Part shown: positions 12,270-22,110 of the stretch, piece by piece
How positions within the stretch are numbered: the first letter of the stretch is position 1
How the letters are laid out: each line of letters begins with the position of its first letter
IMG/VR virus record: IMGVR_UViG_3300043410_001892
Location: 308,174-372,173 of that record
Strand: one strand, 5' to 3'
DNA length: 64,000 nt
Notes under the pieces: generated by a model
What the model saw: only the letters and a program-made list of their open reading frames with translations
The model's database searches: none
Told to the model about the DNA's origin: nothing
Position numbers and translations under genes: made by a program

Positions 12270-12575
12270 CTCCTTTCACTTGGTGTGCTCTGTCACAGCC
12301 GCACATTACATTAAGGGAGTAAACTGCACGAGGTTCTTCGAACCCATTTGTTCGTGACGTCTTCTCCATCAGCCACAACATTAAAACTGCAAATGTTGTA
12401 CCTTTGGCAAGCCTGGCTTCCCGAATTTCGCGGGTTTCTACTTTGGCCAAGACTCGCAGGATTGATTACATCTCTCAATCCAACTATCTTAGTTTCTCTC
12501 GAAACATATAATATATAGTATAAATTGATAAAATACAATTTAAAATATGGTTTTTTATCTAATTAACTTATACTT
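12270..12575 (-). ncRNA. Candidate structured 5' leader RNA of rlpA
   Basis: GC-elevated leader with several stems: GGATTGA/TCAATCC, GCGAGTCTTGGC/GCCAGGCTTGC enclosing CCCG/CGGG, ACAACATT/AATGTTGT, CACGA/TCGTG enclosing GGTTC/GAACC. Confidence 0.5.
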
Positions 12576-12581
12576 TTACAT

Positions 12582-12610
12582 ATTATACATAAAAATTGCT
12601 AAGTTGTCAA
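12582..12610 (-). promoter_or_regulatory. Consensus sigma70 promoter for leader + rlpA
   Basis: TTGACA-17bp-TATAAT on the minus strand. Confidence 0.8.
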
Positions 12611-12647
12611 GTGAAAACTACTAAATATAAGATAATAGGAGTTTTTA

Positions 12648-13550
12648 ATGAAAATACATGAATTAATGGAAGCACGTTTGCAAGATTCACTCCCTCATCT
12701 TCTTACAAGCGTAGCATCTTTAGAAAAACTATATACAATTACCATGCCAGGCATTCTTGCTGATTTTACAAGAAAAATGCGTGATACTGGTGCTGCTACT
12801 GATAGTTTTGGTCGTGGTATGGAAAATAGAGATATTAGAACTGTTACGATGCAACTTGGTGCTGCAAAATCAAAATGGTTTACTGAAAATTATTTTTCAT
12901 ATTCTAAGAGTAGAAGAGAGTTATCAGGGACTGGGCTAAAAACTGCATTAGTGGAATTATCAAAATTACCTGAATTACAAAGCATTCCTGCTATAAAAAC
13001 ATTAGCACATTTAGATGTTAACATAAATCCAAATAATAAATCTAAAGAAGCTGACATTATGTCATATGGTGAGTTAATGGGTGAGATTGAATTAGAGTTA
13101 CCAGAAATTTTAGAAAAAATTGGTAAAATTATTGGAAATCCGGATTTAACTGCTAGAGGAACAAGGTTAGATACTACTATCGGATCTTGGTATAAAAAGA
13201 AAGATGCTACTGTTCCAAAAGTTCATCAGGATGCAGACAAAATAGTAAAACGTGGTGATGCATATCATACTCATCGTAAAGATAGTAATTTAGGTAAAGG
13301 TGACATCATGTCGCCAGCTGAAAAACCTGGCAAATCTGGCAATCATAGTCAAAATATGAGTGCTGCTCAACAAGCAATTAATCAAGGTTTTGAATTACTT
13401 AAAAAGCATGGTATTAGAGATCATGAATTACATGCAATTAGACAAAAAGTTCAAAAAAGTGATAATCAACTAATGGCCTTACTGCAAGTATTTCAAGAGT
13501 TTGGAATCAACCCAAATGCGTTAATGGAAGCTTGGTTAAGAACTTATTAA
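12648..13550 (+). CDS. Hypothetical protein with capsid-targeting-like N-terminus
   Basis: 300 aa, MKIHELMEA start, AGGAG RBS, CTAAATA late-type promoter. Confidence 0.75.
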   Translation: MKIHELMEARLQDSLPHLLTSVASLEKLYTITMPGILADFTRKMRDTGAATDSFGRGMENRDIRTVTMQLGAAKSKWFTENYFSYSKSRRELSGTGLKTALVELSKLPELQSIPAIKTLAHLDVNINPNNKSKEADIMSYGELMGEIELELPEILEKIGKIIGNPDLTARGTRLDTTIGSWYKKKDATVPKVHQDADKIVKRGDAYHTHRKDSNLGKGDIMSPAEKPGKSGNHSQNMSAAQQAINQGFELLKKHGIRDHELHAIRQKVQKSDNQLMALLQVFQEFGINPNALMEAWLRTY

Positions 13551-13551
13551 G

Positions 13552-13578
13552 AAAAAAGGGCTAATTAGCCCTTTTTTT
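13552..13578. terminator. Bidirectional terminator
   Basis: AAAAAAGGGCTAATTAGCCCTTTTTTT between convergent genes. Confidence 0.85.
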
Positions 13579-13651
13579 AACGATTACAAATATACATAGT
13601 GACTTCAAAGCCAAACCGTATATCATTATAACTTGGTGTTTCCCATTTCAT
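13577..13651 (-). CDS. pqqA: Pyrroloquinoline quinone precursor peptide PqqA
   Basis: Translates to MKWETPSYNDIRFGFEVTMYICNR (24 aa), with the W..P...D.R.GFEVTMY..NR PqqA signature and E-x3-Y; AAGGAG RBS; terminator directly downstream. Confidence 0.92.
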   Translation of the reverse strand: MKWETPSYNDIRFGFEVTMYICNR

Positions 13652-13664
13652 AACTTAATCTCCT

Positions 13665-13931
13665 TTATCCGCCTGCAAATACGTTACCTGAACCGGTTGC
13701 AGGATGTGCGCATGATGCTTTATCACCCTCGCGACATACTCCAATATTGTTAGCAAACACTGTTCCGCTATGGTCAACCATTACAGGTGACGCATGTGGT
13801 GCATCACCGTGACCTTGAATGTGAGCACCTTGTACTGTAATAGGTTTGTTATTAACAAATACAGTAGGTGCTAACGCTTCAATGATTGTGCCACCTGCGG
13901 TATCTTGATTTACTCTCGAAACCCCAGGCAT
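13665..13931 (-). CDS. PAAR-domain baseplate spike tip protein (gp5.4-like)
   Basis: TVFVNNKP...H..HG..PH...S.TVFAN..GVCREGD.ASCAH..TGSGNVF. Confidence 0.85.
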   Translation of the reverse strand: MPGVSRVNQDTAGGTIIEALAPTVFVNNKPITVQGAHIQGHGDAPHASPVMVDHSGTVFANNIGVCREGDKASCAHPATGSGNVFAGG

Positions 13932-14218
13932 TAGGTTATAATACCAGTTGTTGCTTTAGTATAAGAACTTGCTGATTCTTTTTCAGTTGGTTCCATTACT
14001 ACTACAGTAGATGCAGCAATTTTAACTACTTTATCAGGATCAACTGTAAACAAGTATGGTGCCATTCCAATACCTGATTGTGTATTAGCTAACACACGAG
14101 GTTTTGAAACTTTAATATATTTGTCTGTTTCTTCAACCAATGAGGCTAATAGTTCTTCACCAGAAGTTAATTTAATTGTAACTACATCACCTACTGAAAC
14201 GCCTTTATCTATAATCAT
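13931..14218 (-). CDS. Conserved hypothetical phage protein (possible Sm-like fold)
   Basis: GDVVTIKLTSGEEL.A pattern. Confidence 0.6.
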   Translation of the reverse strand: MIIDKGVSVGDVVTIKLTSGEELLASLVEETDKYIKVSKPRVLANTQSGIGMAPYLFTVDPDKVVKIAASTVVVMEPTEKESASSYTKATTGIIT

Positions 14219-14448
14219 ACTTTACCTTTTAAATAATTTTGTAATTCTGAAAAACCACCTACATATTGACCATCAATTTTAATTTGTGGTACTGAACGTG
14301 CAGCTGGTACTTCTTCTAATAAATGTTCTTTTGTCCATCCGCCATCTGACAGATTTCTTTCTTCAAACTTAATGTTTTTCATTAGTAACAAGTTCTTAGC
14401 TTGTGTACATTGCGGGCACTGGTCCTTGCTCCATATAATTGCTGTCAT
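14215..14448 (-). CDS. Glutaredoxin
   Basis: CPQC, RSVPQI..DG.YVGGF; clustered with nrdAB. Confidence 0.9.
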   Translation of the reverse strand: MTAIIWSKDQCPQCTQAKNLLLMKNIKFEERNLSDGGWTKEHLLEEVPAARSVPQIKIDGQYVGGFSELQNYLKGKV

Positions 14449-14993
14449 TAAAAACTATCCATAATCTTTTGTAATCTATGCCATTCATCCATTTCTTTTT
14501 CTTTGTTAGCATTGCGGTAGTTTATGTATTCATCTGCGTACGGCGAAGCCGGCATTGGTTCTAAATTAGGTTTTGGATTTCCTGTAATACTGCAAACTGG
14601 TGCGTTTATCTTAGTTAACATATAATTACGAATTTTATCTGCAATAGTTTTTGATCGCGGTTTTTCAAAAAACTCAGCAACTGCACATAAAAACTTTACA
14701 GTACGGCATTCGTATTTTTGTTCAACTGCTTTTACGTGTTCGCTGATAATTTTCATATCATGTACTATTGCTCGATAATCCTCATCTGTTGATGTACGCA
14801 GTCTAACCAGTCGATCTTGACCTTCTTTTAATGTTATTTTTAACACTCTTATTCTTTCAGCCGGATTAATATACGAGTTATACCGGCTATTTGGATCAGC
14901 TTTGTCTGATTGACTTGGATTTTCAAGATCAGATATCTCTTGTTTTACTTTTTCAATTCTATCTTCTAATTTTTTTATTAAATGTGTTGTCAT
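14448..14993 (-). CDS. Hypothetical protein
   Basis: 181-aa ORF coupled to grx. Confidence 0.65.
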   Translation of the reverse strand: MTTHLIKKLEDRIEKVKQEISDLENPSQSDKADPNSRYNSYINPAERIRVLKITLKEGQDRLVRLRTSTDEDYRAIVHDMKIISEHVKAVEQKYECRTVKFLCAVAEFFEKPRSKTIADKIRNYMLTKINAPVCSITGNPKPNLEPMPASPYADEYINYRNANKEKEMDEWHRLQKIMDSF

Positions 14994-15128
14994 TTTAAAA
15001 AGTCCTTATGTGGGTTAGACCAATCGATCAATGATATCTTTTTCATCATATCATCTATTGCTTGTTGTTGGCTATTGATCGCTGCTTTAGTTAGTTCAGT
15101 GTACCTAGATGCTCTAGCGCACCTATAC

Positions 15129-15323
15129 TTACGGCTTTTCTTCAAAAATCTGTCTGAGCGCATTCTTCATGGCCTCCTGTTCTTTTTCAGTCCATAAACC
15201 AGCTGATGGAGTTTTTCCTTCTTTAACCATTGCGCAAGGGCATACAGGATCATTGCCCTGCGGTCCCATGCATGCACAAATCTTAAGATCTTTGTATTCG
15301 TTATAAGGCTGGTAGTTCGTCAT
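15129..15323 (-). CDS. Small Cys-rich hypothetical protein
   Basis: CACMGP...P.CPC.M motif; overlaps the nrdB end. Confidence 0.55.
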   Translation of the reverse strand: MTNYQPYNEYKDLKICACMGPQGNDPVCPCAMVKEGKTPSAGLWTEKEQEAMKNALRQIFEEKP

Positions 15324-16395
15324 AATTTAATTCATCCGACATTACACCTACTACATAGTTGACACTTTCAGATTCTTGTAAAGCAGTTTGCTTTTTACTC
15401 GGATCACTATGCTTGTTAAACCATGGAATAGGAGTTGATTTAGGTGCATGTTCACGATACTTAATGCCAACTTCTTTTAAAGCGTGTGCAGCAGTATAGT
15501 CAACAAATTCTTTTAAGATGTTAGCGTTAAGTCCAATTACTGGTCCTTTTAAGAATAAGTAATCTGCCCATTCTTTTTCTTCGCGAATAACATCTAAGTA
15601 CATATTATACACTAATTCCTCGCATTCTGCTTTAATTTCGGCAAAACGCGGGTCATCTTTTATTACCAAATTAATCATGTAAGCAGTCCACTCTTTATGC
15701 AATAATTCATCTTGTAATATAAGTGCAATAATGTTACCATTACCGATGAACAGTTTATTTTCAACCATTGCTAAACTGGTAGCAAACGACACCATAAATC
15801 TTAATGATTCTAATGCGTAGCTGGCATGTAGCGCAAGCCAGATAGCTTTAATGTGTTCTCTTTCAGGTACATAAATGCTAAGTTCGCATTTGCAATTGAT
15901 TATATGTAATTCATTATAGTATCTACCAACACTACTTGCCATATCAACAATTGGTTTAGTATCATGGATAGTGTTAAATATCTCTTTTGGGACATTATAG
16001 ATATTACGAATAATATGACTATAACTACGACTATGAATATTTGATTCAAAAAAGCCCCAGTTAAGCATTAGTAGTTCTGCTTCAGGTACACTAACTACAG
16101 GTGTAAACACTTGTGTAGGACCTCGTCCTTGTAAACTGTCTAATGCAGTTTGTCTTAATAAGTTACTAGTGAAAATATGTTTAACTGCATCACTAGCATC
16201 TTTAAAATCATTAGCGTCTTTGCTTAATGAGATTTCTTCTGGAGTCCAAAAGAAACCTCTAGCAGTTTGCTCATATTTTTGAATTTTTGGATAGCGAACT
16301 TCTTCAAATCTTTGAATGGTAACTGTCCCGTCTAGAAACAATTTTCTAGACAGGTAGTTAGTTTGTTCGCTTAGATTATATTGTTCATCACTCAT
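15301..16395 (-). CDS. nrdB: Ribonucleotide reductase class Ia beta subunit
   Basis: FFWTPEEI, LDSLQGR, E..HSRSY, LE..RF.VSFA, DE.LH, QE.E...Y. Confidence 0.95.
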   Translation of the reverse strand: MSDEQYNLSEQTNYLSRKLFLDGTVTIQRFEEVRYPKIQKYEQTARGFFWTPEEISLSKDANDFKDASDAVKHIFTSNLLRQTALDSLQGRGPTQVFTPVVSVPEAELLMLNWGFFESNIHSRSYSHIIRNIYNVPKEIFNTIHDTKPIVDMASSVGRYYNELHIINCKCELSIYVPEREHIKAIWLALHASYALESLRFMVSFATSLAMVENKLFIGNGNIIALILQDELLHKEWTAYMINLVIKDDPRFAEIKAECEELVYNMYLDVIREEKEWADYLFLKGPVIGLNANILKEFVDYTAAHALKEVGIKYREHAPKSTPIPWFNKHSDPSKKQTALQESESVNYVVGVMSDELNYDELPAL

Positions 16396-16397
16396 TA

Positions 16398-16655
16398 TTA
16401 CACCGATTCGTTAGGTACAACTGTAAATTCAGGAGGAGGAATTTCATCTCCTGAATAATTTATACATAACCCTTGTTCTTTATCGATATATACACTTAAA
16501 ACATCATCTGCACTTAACGCGGCTAAAACCATAGGTTTAGCTTCTTCTTCAATTATAAAATTATCAGGAACTCCCCATAATTTTAATTTTTCATTAAGGC
16601 GTTCATTTAACAGTTCGTCGTTAGTGAATTCTTTAATTGCAACTTCGTTAGTCAT
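16398..16655 (-). CDS. Hypothetical protein
   Basis: 85-aa ORF in operon. Confidence 0.6.
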   Translation of the reverse strand: MTNEVAIKEFTNDELLNERLNEKLKLWGVPDNFIIEEEAKPMVLAALSADDVLSVYIDKEQGLCINYSGDEIPPPEFTVVPNESV

Positions 16656-16839
16656 TTATAATCCTTATTGTACTTGTTTCATCTAATGCATACCACGCAC
16701 TTTCAAAATATTTCGTTATGTCATTTAATGTTTCTTCTGGCATACGCATTACCCATTCGTTTGTTTCAGCATCATGTTTAAGTGGTAATTCGATTTTTAA
16801 ATTATGCCGCATTGATACTACTAATTTTTTATCTTTCAT
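16648..16839 (-). CDS. Hypothetical protein
   Basis: Start MKDKKLVV overlapping the SOD stop. Confidence 0.55.
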   Translation of the reverse strand: MKDKKLVVSMRHNLKIELPLKHDAETNEWVMRMPEETLNDITKYFESAWYALDETSTIRIIND

Positions 16840-17384
16840 AACGTTTTGTTTACCTGTTCCCAGTTTATTATTTTCCATTGATTTTCTAAATACTTTTGTT
16901 TATCTGATTGATAGTCTAGTGCCCATGCATGTTCCCACCAGTCAACTAATAATACAATGTCTTTTTTAATAGCATGGTTAGTTATAGTTTTAATTTGTCC
17001 ATTTTTAGCAAGATAGACCCAACCACTTCCTTGTATGCCCATTGCTACTTTTAAAAACTCTTCTTTGAATTTATCAAAGGTTTTATAATGGGTTTCAATG
17101 AGCTCAAGTGCCTTGCCAACTGGCTTGTTTAGTTTACCAGTTGACTCTTGATATTGCTGGAACAAAATGTTGTGTAAAAATACACCTGCTTCGTTAAACA
17201 CCGGATCACCTTCACCTGCATTATACCGTTTTGCGTATGTTTTAGCAAGATGTTCGTAATGGTAATCTAATGTTTCTTTTGATATAGCAGGACTTAACTC
17301 ATTCATCCCGTATGGCAGGGCATCTATTTTTAAAGATGCCGGTCTACCTTCAGTTATAAATTGTTTAATGAAGCTATAACTCAT
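16836..17384 (-). CDS. sod: Fe/Mn superoxide dismutase
   Basis: LPY...L.P.IS.ETL.YHY..H, HN..F, GSGW..L, D.WEHA; ATGA-coupled to the nrdA stop. Confidence 0.9.
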   Translation of the reverse strand: MSYSFIKQFITEGRPASLKIDALPYGMNELSPAISKETLDYHYEHLAKTYAKRYNAGEGDPVFNEAGVFLHNILFQQYQESTGKLNKPVGKALELIETHYKTFDKFKEEFLKVAMGIQGSGWVYLAKNGQIKTITNHAIKKDIVLLVDWWEHAWALDYQSDKQKYLENQWKIINWEQVNKTL

Positions 17385-19696
17385 AGCTTGCAAGCCTCGC
17401 ATGATTCATCTTCTTCTTCAATAATTGCACTAGGTAAATCAATTTCAACTTCTTCTTTGCTACCAGTTTTGTCAATTAAACTATAGTAGAATGTCTTAAT
17501 ACCCCAATAGTGCCCTAACATTAAGTTTTTAGCAATTAGTGTAGTTGGTATCTTTCTACCTGGAAAGTGTTTTGGAGAATAGAATGTATCAGTACTAATT
17601 GATTGATCAATGTATGCAGCTAATACAGCCGCAGTTTTCAAATAACCAACACAATCAGTTTGTTCCCACATAAGTTGATATTTGTTTTTCAATTTATGAT
17701 ACTCAGGAACTACTTGTGTAAGTGAACCAGCTTTTGATTCTTTAGTTTGAATAAGCTGCATAGGCATTGCAATACCATTTGTAGAATTGATCACAACACT
17801 TGAACTTTCAACTGGAGCAATAGCACCTACTGTAGCATTTCTTACACCATATTGTTTCATTTCAGTACGTAGTGTTTCCCATGGTAATTCTGGAGTAAAG
17901 TCAGTTAAGTCATTAGCACCGTCTGCACGTAATTCCCATGGAAAGATACCTTGGCCATAACGTGTTTCTGCACTATGTCTGCAAGGACCACGTTCTTTAG
18001 CTAATTCAACTGACATTTCAGTTAAGTAGAAAGTTTGGTGTTCAATCCAGCTTTTAACTTCTGCCAATGCATCAGCATCTCCGTATTTAAAGTTACGTTT
18101 TGCATGCCAATATGCTAAGTTAGTAATACCAATACCTAACGGTCGTATTTCTTGATTGCTTTCATAACTATGTACAGACAAGAAATCTTGATAATCTAAG
18201 ATATTGTTTAAGCTGCGATGTAAAATACGGCAAGCTCTGCGCATATCTTCTGGATTACGGAATGCTCCCCAGTTCATAGACCCCAACGTACACAACGCTA
18301 TGCGTCCACTTGGATCATCCAATCGTTTAAATGCTTTTGTGGGGAGCAATATTTCTTGACATAAGTTACTTTGGTAAATTGTGTGAAAGTACGGATCAAA
18401 TGGTCCTTGCTTGATTACATTGTCAATGAACACTAAGTAAATACGGCCAGTGTCAGTGCGTTCTTTTAAGAGACCACCTTTGAACACCTCCTCGGCTGAC
18501 ATAGTTTTCTTCCGTAGCGTTTTATCTTGCTCATACTGGGTGTAGAGCTTTTCGAACAATAATGTATCAGTGTAAAACGCTTCATATAAGTCTGGTACTT
18601 CATTAGGATCAAAAAATGTTATGTTTTCTTTGTTTTTGAACCTACGCCAAAAGAATGCGTTTAATACAACGCTGTAATCTAAATGACGCACTCGTGTTTC
18701 ATCTGTTCCTTGATTGTTTTTAAGTACGATCAAGTCATCAAATTGATAATGCCAAATTGGAAATGTTATAGTTGCGCTTGCATTGCGTATGCCGCCTTGC
18801 GAGCAACTGCGTAAATCTCCAAACCATTTCTTTAAAAATGGAATCATTCCAGTATGCATGATTTCGCCACCGCGAATTGGGGAGCCCAAGGGGCGTAGTC
18901 GACCAATTTCTAATCCAATCCCCGCACGTTTACTGGCATATTTTGCCATCATTTCACCGCTTGCAAAAATAGAGTCAAGATCATCATCACTACGAATAAG
19001 TACGCAGGAGCTAAACTGTTTAGTTGGTGTGCCAAGCCCAGCAAGAACGGGTGTAGCAAGAGTAAATAAGCCATCGGATGCAGCATTATAATATTCCTTA
19101 ATATATTTCATTCTCGCAGTAGCAGGTTCTTCTTTATGGAAGACTGTTGCAGCAGCAATCATATATCTTACTTGTGGAGTTTCGTAAATATCTTTAGTAG
19201 CACGATTGCGTACTAAGTATTTTTCGATAAGTTGTTCAATAGCAGCATATGAGTAGGTTTCATCTTTTGAATGATCAAGCATGTCATTCATTTTATTCCA
19301 TTCTTCAACAGAATACCAATCAAGTAATTCTGAAGTGTATAGTCCAACTTCAATATTCTTTTTAACTATTGTATATAGATGTGGTGGTTCATATTGACCA
19401 TAGACATCTTTTCGTAGCATGGACAACCTTTGTTTACCTGCTACATATTGATAATTTGTATGACCTACATCAGGATTAGCGTCAACATCAATTAAGTTAA
19501 CAATTGCCCTTAATGTAATTTCGTCAATTTCTTGTGTAGTAATATTATCATAAAATTGTGGTTGGCTTTTGATTTCGATCATTGATTGACTAACATCTGC
19601 AATTCCACTGCAAATCTTTGCAATTTGAGCTTGCCATTTTTCGATTGTAAGATCGGCACAAATTCCGTTGCGTTTAATAACTTTTATTTTATTCAT
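17381..19696 (-). CDS. nrdA: Ribonucleotide reductase class Ia alpha subunit (with ATP cone)
   Basis: VIKRNG ATP cone, TPVLAG, FSSCVL, SCSQGGIR, SNLCQEI, APVESSS, KT.YY, C-terminal CEACKL. Confidence 0.96.
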   Translation of the reverse strand: MNKIKVIKRNGICADLTIEKWQAQIAKICSGIADVSQSMIEIKSQPQFYDNITTQEIDEITLRAIVNLIDVDANPDVGHTNYQYVAGKQRLSMLRKDVYGQYEPPHLYTIVKKNIEVGLYTSELLDWYSVEEWNKMNDMLDHSKDETYSYAAIEQLIEKYLVRNRATKDIYETPQVRYMIAAATVFHKEEPATARMKYIKEYYNAASDGLFTLATPVLAGLGTPTKQFSSCVLIRSDDDLDSIFASGEMMAKYASKRAGIGLEIGRLRPLGSPIRGGEIMHTGMIPFLKKWFGDLRSCSQGGIRNASATITFPIWHYQFDDLIVLKNNQGTDETRVRHLDYSVVLNAFFWRRFKNKENITFFDPNEVPDLYEAFYTDTLLFEKLYTQYEQDKTLRKKTMSAEEVFKGGLLKERTDTGRIYLVFIDNVIKQGPFDPYFHTIYQSNLCQEILLPTKAFKRLDDPSGRIALCTLGSMNWGAFRNPEDMRRACRILHRSLNNILDYQDFLSVHSYESNQEIRPLGIGITNLAYWHAKRNFKYGDADALAEVKSWIEHQTFYLTEMSVELAKERGPCRHSAETRYGQGIFPWELRADGANDLTDFTPELPWETLRTEMKQYGVRNATVGAIAPVESSSVVINSTNGIAMPMQLIQTKESKAGSLTQVVPEYHKLKNKYQLMWEQTDCVGYLKTAAVLAAYIDQSISTDTFYSPKHFPGRKIPTTLIAKNLMLGHYWGIKTFYYSLIDKTGSKEEVEIDLPSAIIEEEDESCEACKL

Positions 19697-19872
19697 ATAA
19701 TTTCACTTCTGGTTAGGATAGTATTTAGTTGGTACTAAACCGATAAAATACAGATTAGATTCCGCCTAAAGACCAGTAAAATCAATAAGATTTAATCATT
19801 TAAAATCAAGTTTATCTCTTATCATTTTTGTAATTATACTTGATTTTTTCTAATAAGTCTATCGATTTGGCA

Positions 19873-21459
19873 TTATGATATAGCTGAATATTTGTATGTA
19901 AATATACCCGAATCAGCTGTATATGTATTAAGGTAATTTAATGATATATTGTTATTTAGAACAGAAGCACTAAATTCCAATAATGTACTATTACTAGTTG
20001 TTCCAGTACAAGTGTAATCATCAACAACAGATAACGTTAATGATGTAGGATTTGGCGGAACATATATTGTAATAGTTCCTTGTCTGTTAAGATGATTACT
20101 TTTATAGGAGTAATCGATTGTGTATGTAACATCCCATGATCCAATTGAACCTCCTTCTGAATCAGTTGGAATTGGGAATCTAACTAATGATGTAGAAACC
20201 CCTACTACTGAAATAGTAGTATTAACTGTGTTTGTGCTGTACTCAACATGTCCTACTGCTACTGGGATAAATCTTGGTAAGGACAAAGATGTACTCGCCA
20301 TTGCAATAGCTCTTGATGATCTTAAATTTACAATTGAATTACCAACATCGTTAAAGTAAATTTGTGGATAATACGGCATTGTGTCTAAACCACCGACATG
20401 CTTCATTGATACATTGGCAATTGAGTTGTTAGATCCGTTATCTATAAACACACCTTGTTTAGTAATATCAGTAAACGTAGCATTTGTAATCTGTGTATTA
20501 AATGGTCCATTTGTACTTAAACCATTTCCTAAATTAACTGCAAAGTTACATATTGAAACTGTTAAATTAGTAAATGTGTTATTTGATGCACCAACATCAC
20601 CGTAAACTCCTGAATGATAGTTATTAATGGTAATATTGTTGAATACGTTATTAGATGAATTTTTTAGGTAAACTCCATTATGATCATTAAAGAAACCTGC
20701 AGTCCAACTTCCTGACATTTTTAAATCTTCAAATTTACTATCAGATACATTTGTAGCATTTATACCAGCATTAGTACCATTTGGTGATTTAAGCGTCATC
20801 CCTTGAATTGTAATAAATCTTGGGTTATTTGGTGATTCAAGTGAATCAACATCTGATACAAATCTAAATACGTCACTAGTATGTATATTTTGAATGATTG
20901 TTTTATCTATTCCTGCACCTATGATTGTTGTATAACTTGGTAATACAAGTGCATTAGTAATTTTATAAATACCAGCTGGCAAACGAAGAGTTACACGAGT
21001 TGAAATTCCATCGGCAGTGTTAAGGAATGATTTATTAGCAATTGGATTTGAAAACAATTGGTTAATTGCACGTTGTAGTAATGGAGTGTTATCAACTAAC
21101 CCATCCCCAACTGCACCAAAGTCAGCAGCCGATATTGAGTCATCAAGTTTTGATTGTATTGTTCTTGAAATAGGAAATGCTGCAGACGGACCAGTTACGA
21201 TTGGTGATCCTGCTGTTGCTCTATATGTATAAGGTAATAGAGAAATTAAGTTACCAGTAGTAGATGATATATCGCGTGAGGTTAATATTTTAGTTTTACC
21301 TATATAAGGTGCACCTTCTGCAATAGATCCGTTGCCAATGAACAACTCTTGTGTATCAATTGCCCATCCCATTTCGCCAGACGCTAGTTGCGGAAATCCA
21401 GTTTCGCTATTAGCTTTACCTCGACGTATTTGAATTTTTGAAACTTGGTAAACTGCCAT
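19873..21459 (-). CDS. Tail spike-like protein with right-handed beta-helix (pectate lyase 3-like)
   Basis: Mtd-like N-term (IQIRRG...PQLASGE.GWAID..LFIG); DFGAVGDG..DNT..LQRAI; PAGIYKI; Asn-rich beta-helix. Confidence 0.8.
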   Translation of the reverse strand: MAVYQVSKIQIRRGKANSETGFPQLASGEMGWAIDTQELFIGNGSIAEGAPYIGKTKILTSRDISSTTGNLISLLPYTYRATAGSPIVTGPSAAFPISRTIQSKLDDSISAADFGAVGDGLVDNTPLLQRAINQLFSNPIANKSFLNTADGISTRVTLRLPAGIYKITNALVLPSYTTIIGAGIDKTIIQNIHTSDVFRFVSDVDSLESPNNPRFITIQGMTLKSPNGTNAGINATNVSDSKFEDLKMSGSWTAGFFNDHNGVYLKNSSNNVFNNITINNYHSGVYGDVGASNNTFTNLTVSICNFAVNLGNGLSTNGPFNTQITNATFTDITKQGVFIDNGSNNSIANVSMKHVGGLDTMPYYPQIYFNDVGNSIVNLRSSRAIAMASTSLSLPRFIPVAVGHVEYSTNTVNTTISVVGVSTSLVRFPIPTDSEGGSIGSWDVTYTIDYSYKSNHLNRQGTITIYVPPNPTSLTLSVVDDYTCTGTTSNSTLLEFSASVLNNNISLNYLNTYTADSGIFTYKYSAIS

Positions 21460-21501
21460 ATAATATATCCTCTTGTTCTATATTTATGACATTTTAGACA
21501 T

Positions 21502-21525
21502 AAAAAAGCCCTGTTTACCAGGGCT
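21502..21525 (-). terminator. Rho-independent terminator
   Basis: AGCCCTG/CAGGGCT stem plus T run on minus. Confidence 0.75.
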
Positions 21526-21530
21526 AATTA

Positions 21531-22085
21531 TTAAGCTATTGTTAATGTAGTAGCTGATGCTACAGTTGATGTAGATAAATCGAAAGTTATTGTGAATACA
21601 GTTGCAGTTGTATAGCCAGTAGTTACAGGTGATGAAAGTGTTAAACTAGTTCCTGGAGTAACTGAAGAAACAGTAGTTCCTGTAGCAATACCTGGTCCTG
21701 TAACAGTTGCACCAACCATAACTGCAAGTGCAGAAACTGTAGTTAATGTTGAATTACTTGTTGTACCTAAGATATCAGCACCACTAATTCTACGAATACG
21801 TGTTTGTAATTCTGTTGCATCATTAATTGATTTATCCATAACTACGTGAATTAAGCCAGTTGATGCAGCAGGTGCATAGTAAATAAGTGGATTAATTTCT
21901 TTAATTATAGTTTCGTATAAACCATTAGGGTGTTGAGTAGTTGAATCAATATAGCTATCTTGTGCTTGTAGATCAATTGCAGTAGCACCCGTTTTTACTG
22001 TAATCAAATATGCATTTGCATTAGGTGTGTATATGGTTCCTGTTTTTGCAACAGAACCGTTTACTCTAGTAATTGTTTGAGTCAT
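21531..22085 (-). CDS. Putative virion structural protein
   Basis: Thr-rich 184 aa, GGAG RBS, late promoter, own terminator. Confidence 0.6.
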   Translation of the reverse strand: MTQTITRVNGSVAKTGTIYTPNANAYLITVKTGATAIDLQAQDSYIDSTTQHPNGLYETIIKEINPLIYYAPAASTGLIHVVMDKSINDATELQTRIRRISGADILGTTSNSTLTTVSALAVMVGATVTGPGIATGTTVSSVTPGTSLTLSSPVTTGYTTATVFTITFDLSTSTVASATTLTIA

Positions 22086-22110
22086 TATAAATCTCCGTTT
22101 GTTGTATTTA

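Noticed and set aside
12265-12450. N-terminal extension of rlpA in the ORF track
   Set aside because: A strong SD and signal peptide start at 12264; upstream is better explained as a leader
15301-19696. Intron or intein in nrdA/nrdB
   Set aside because: Both are uninterrupted and of normal length
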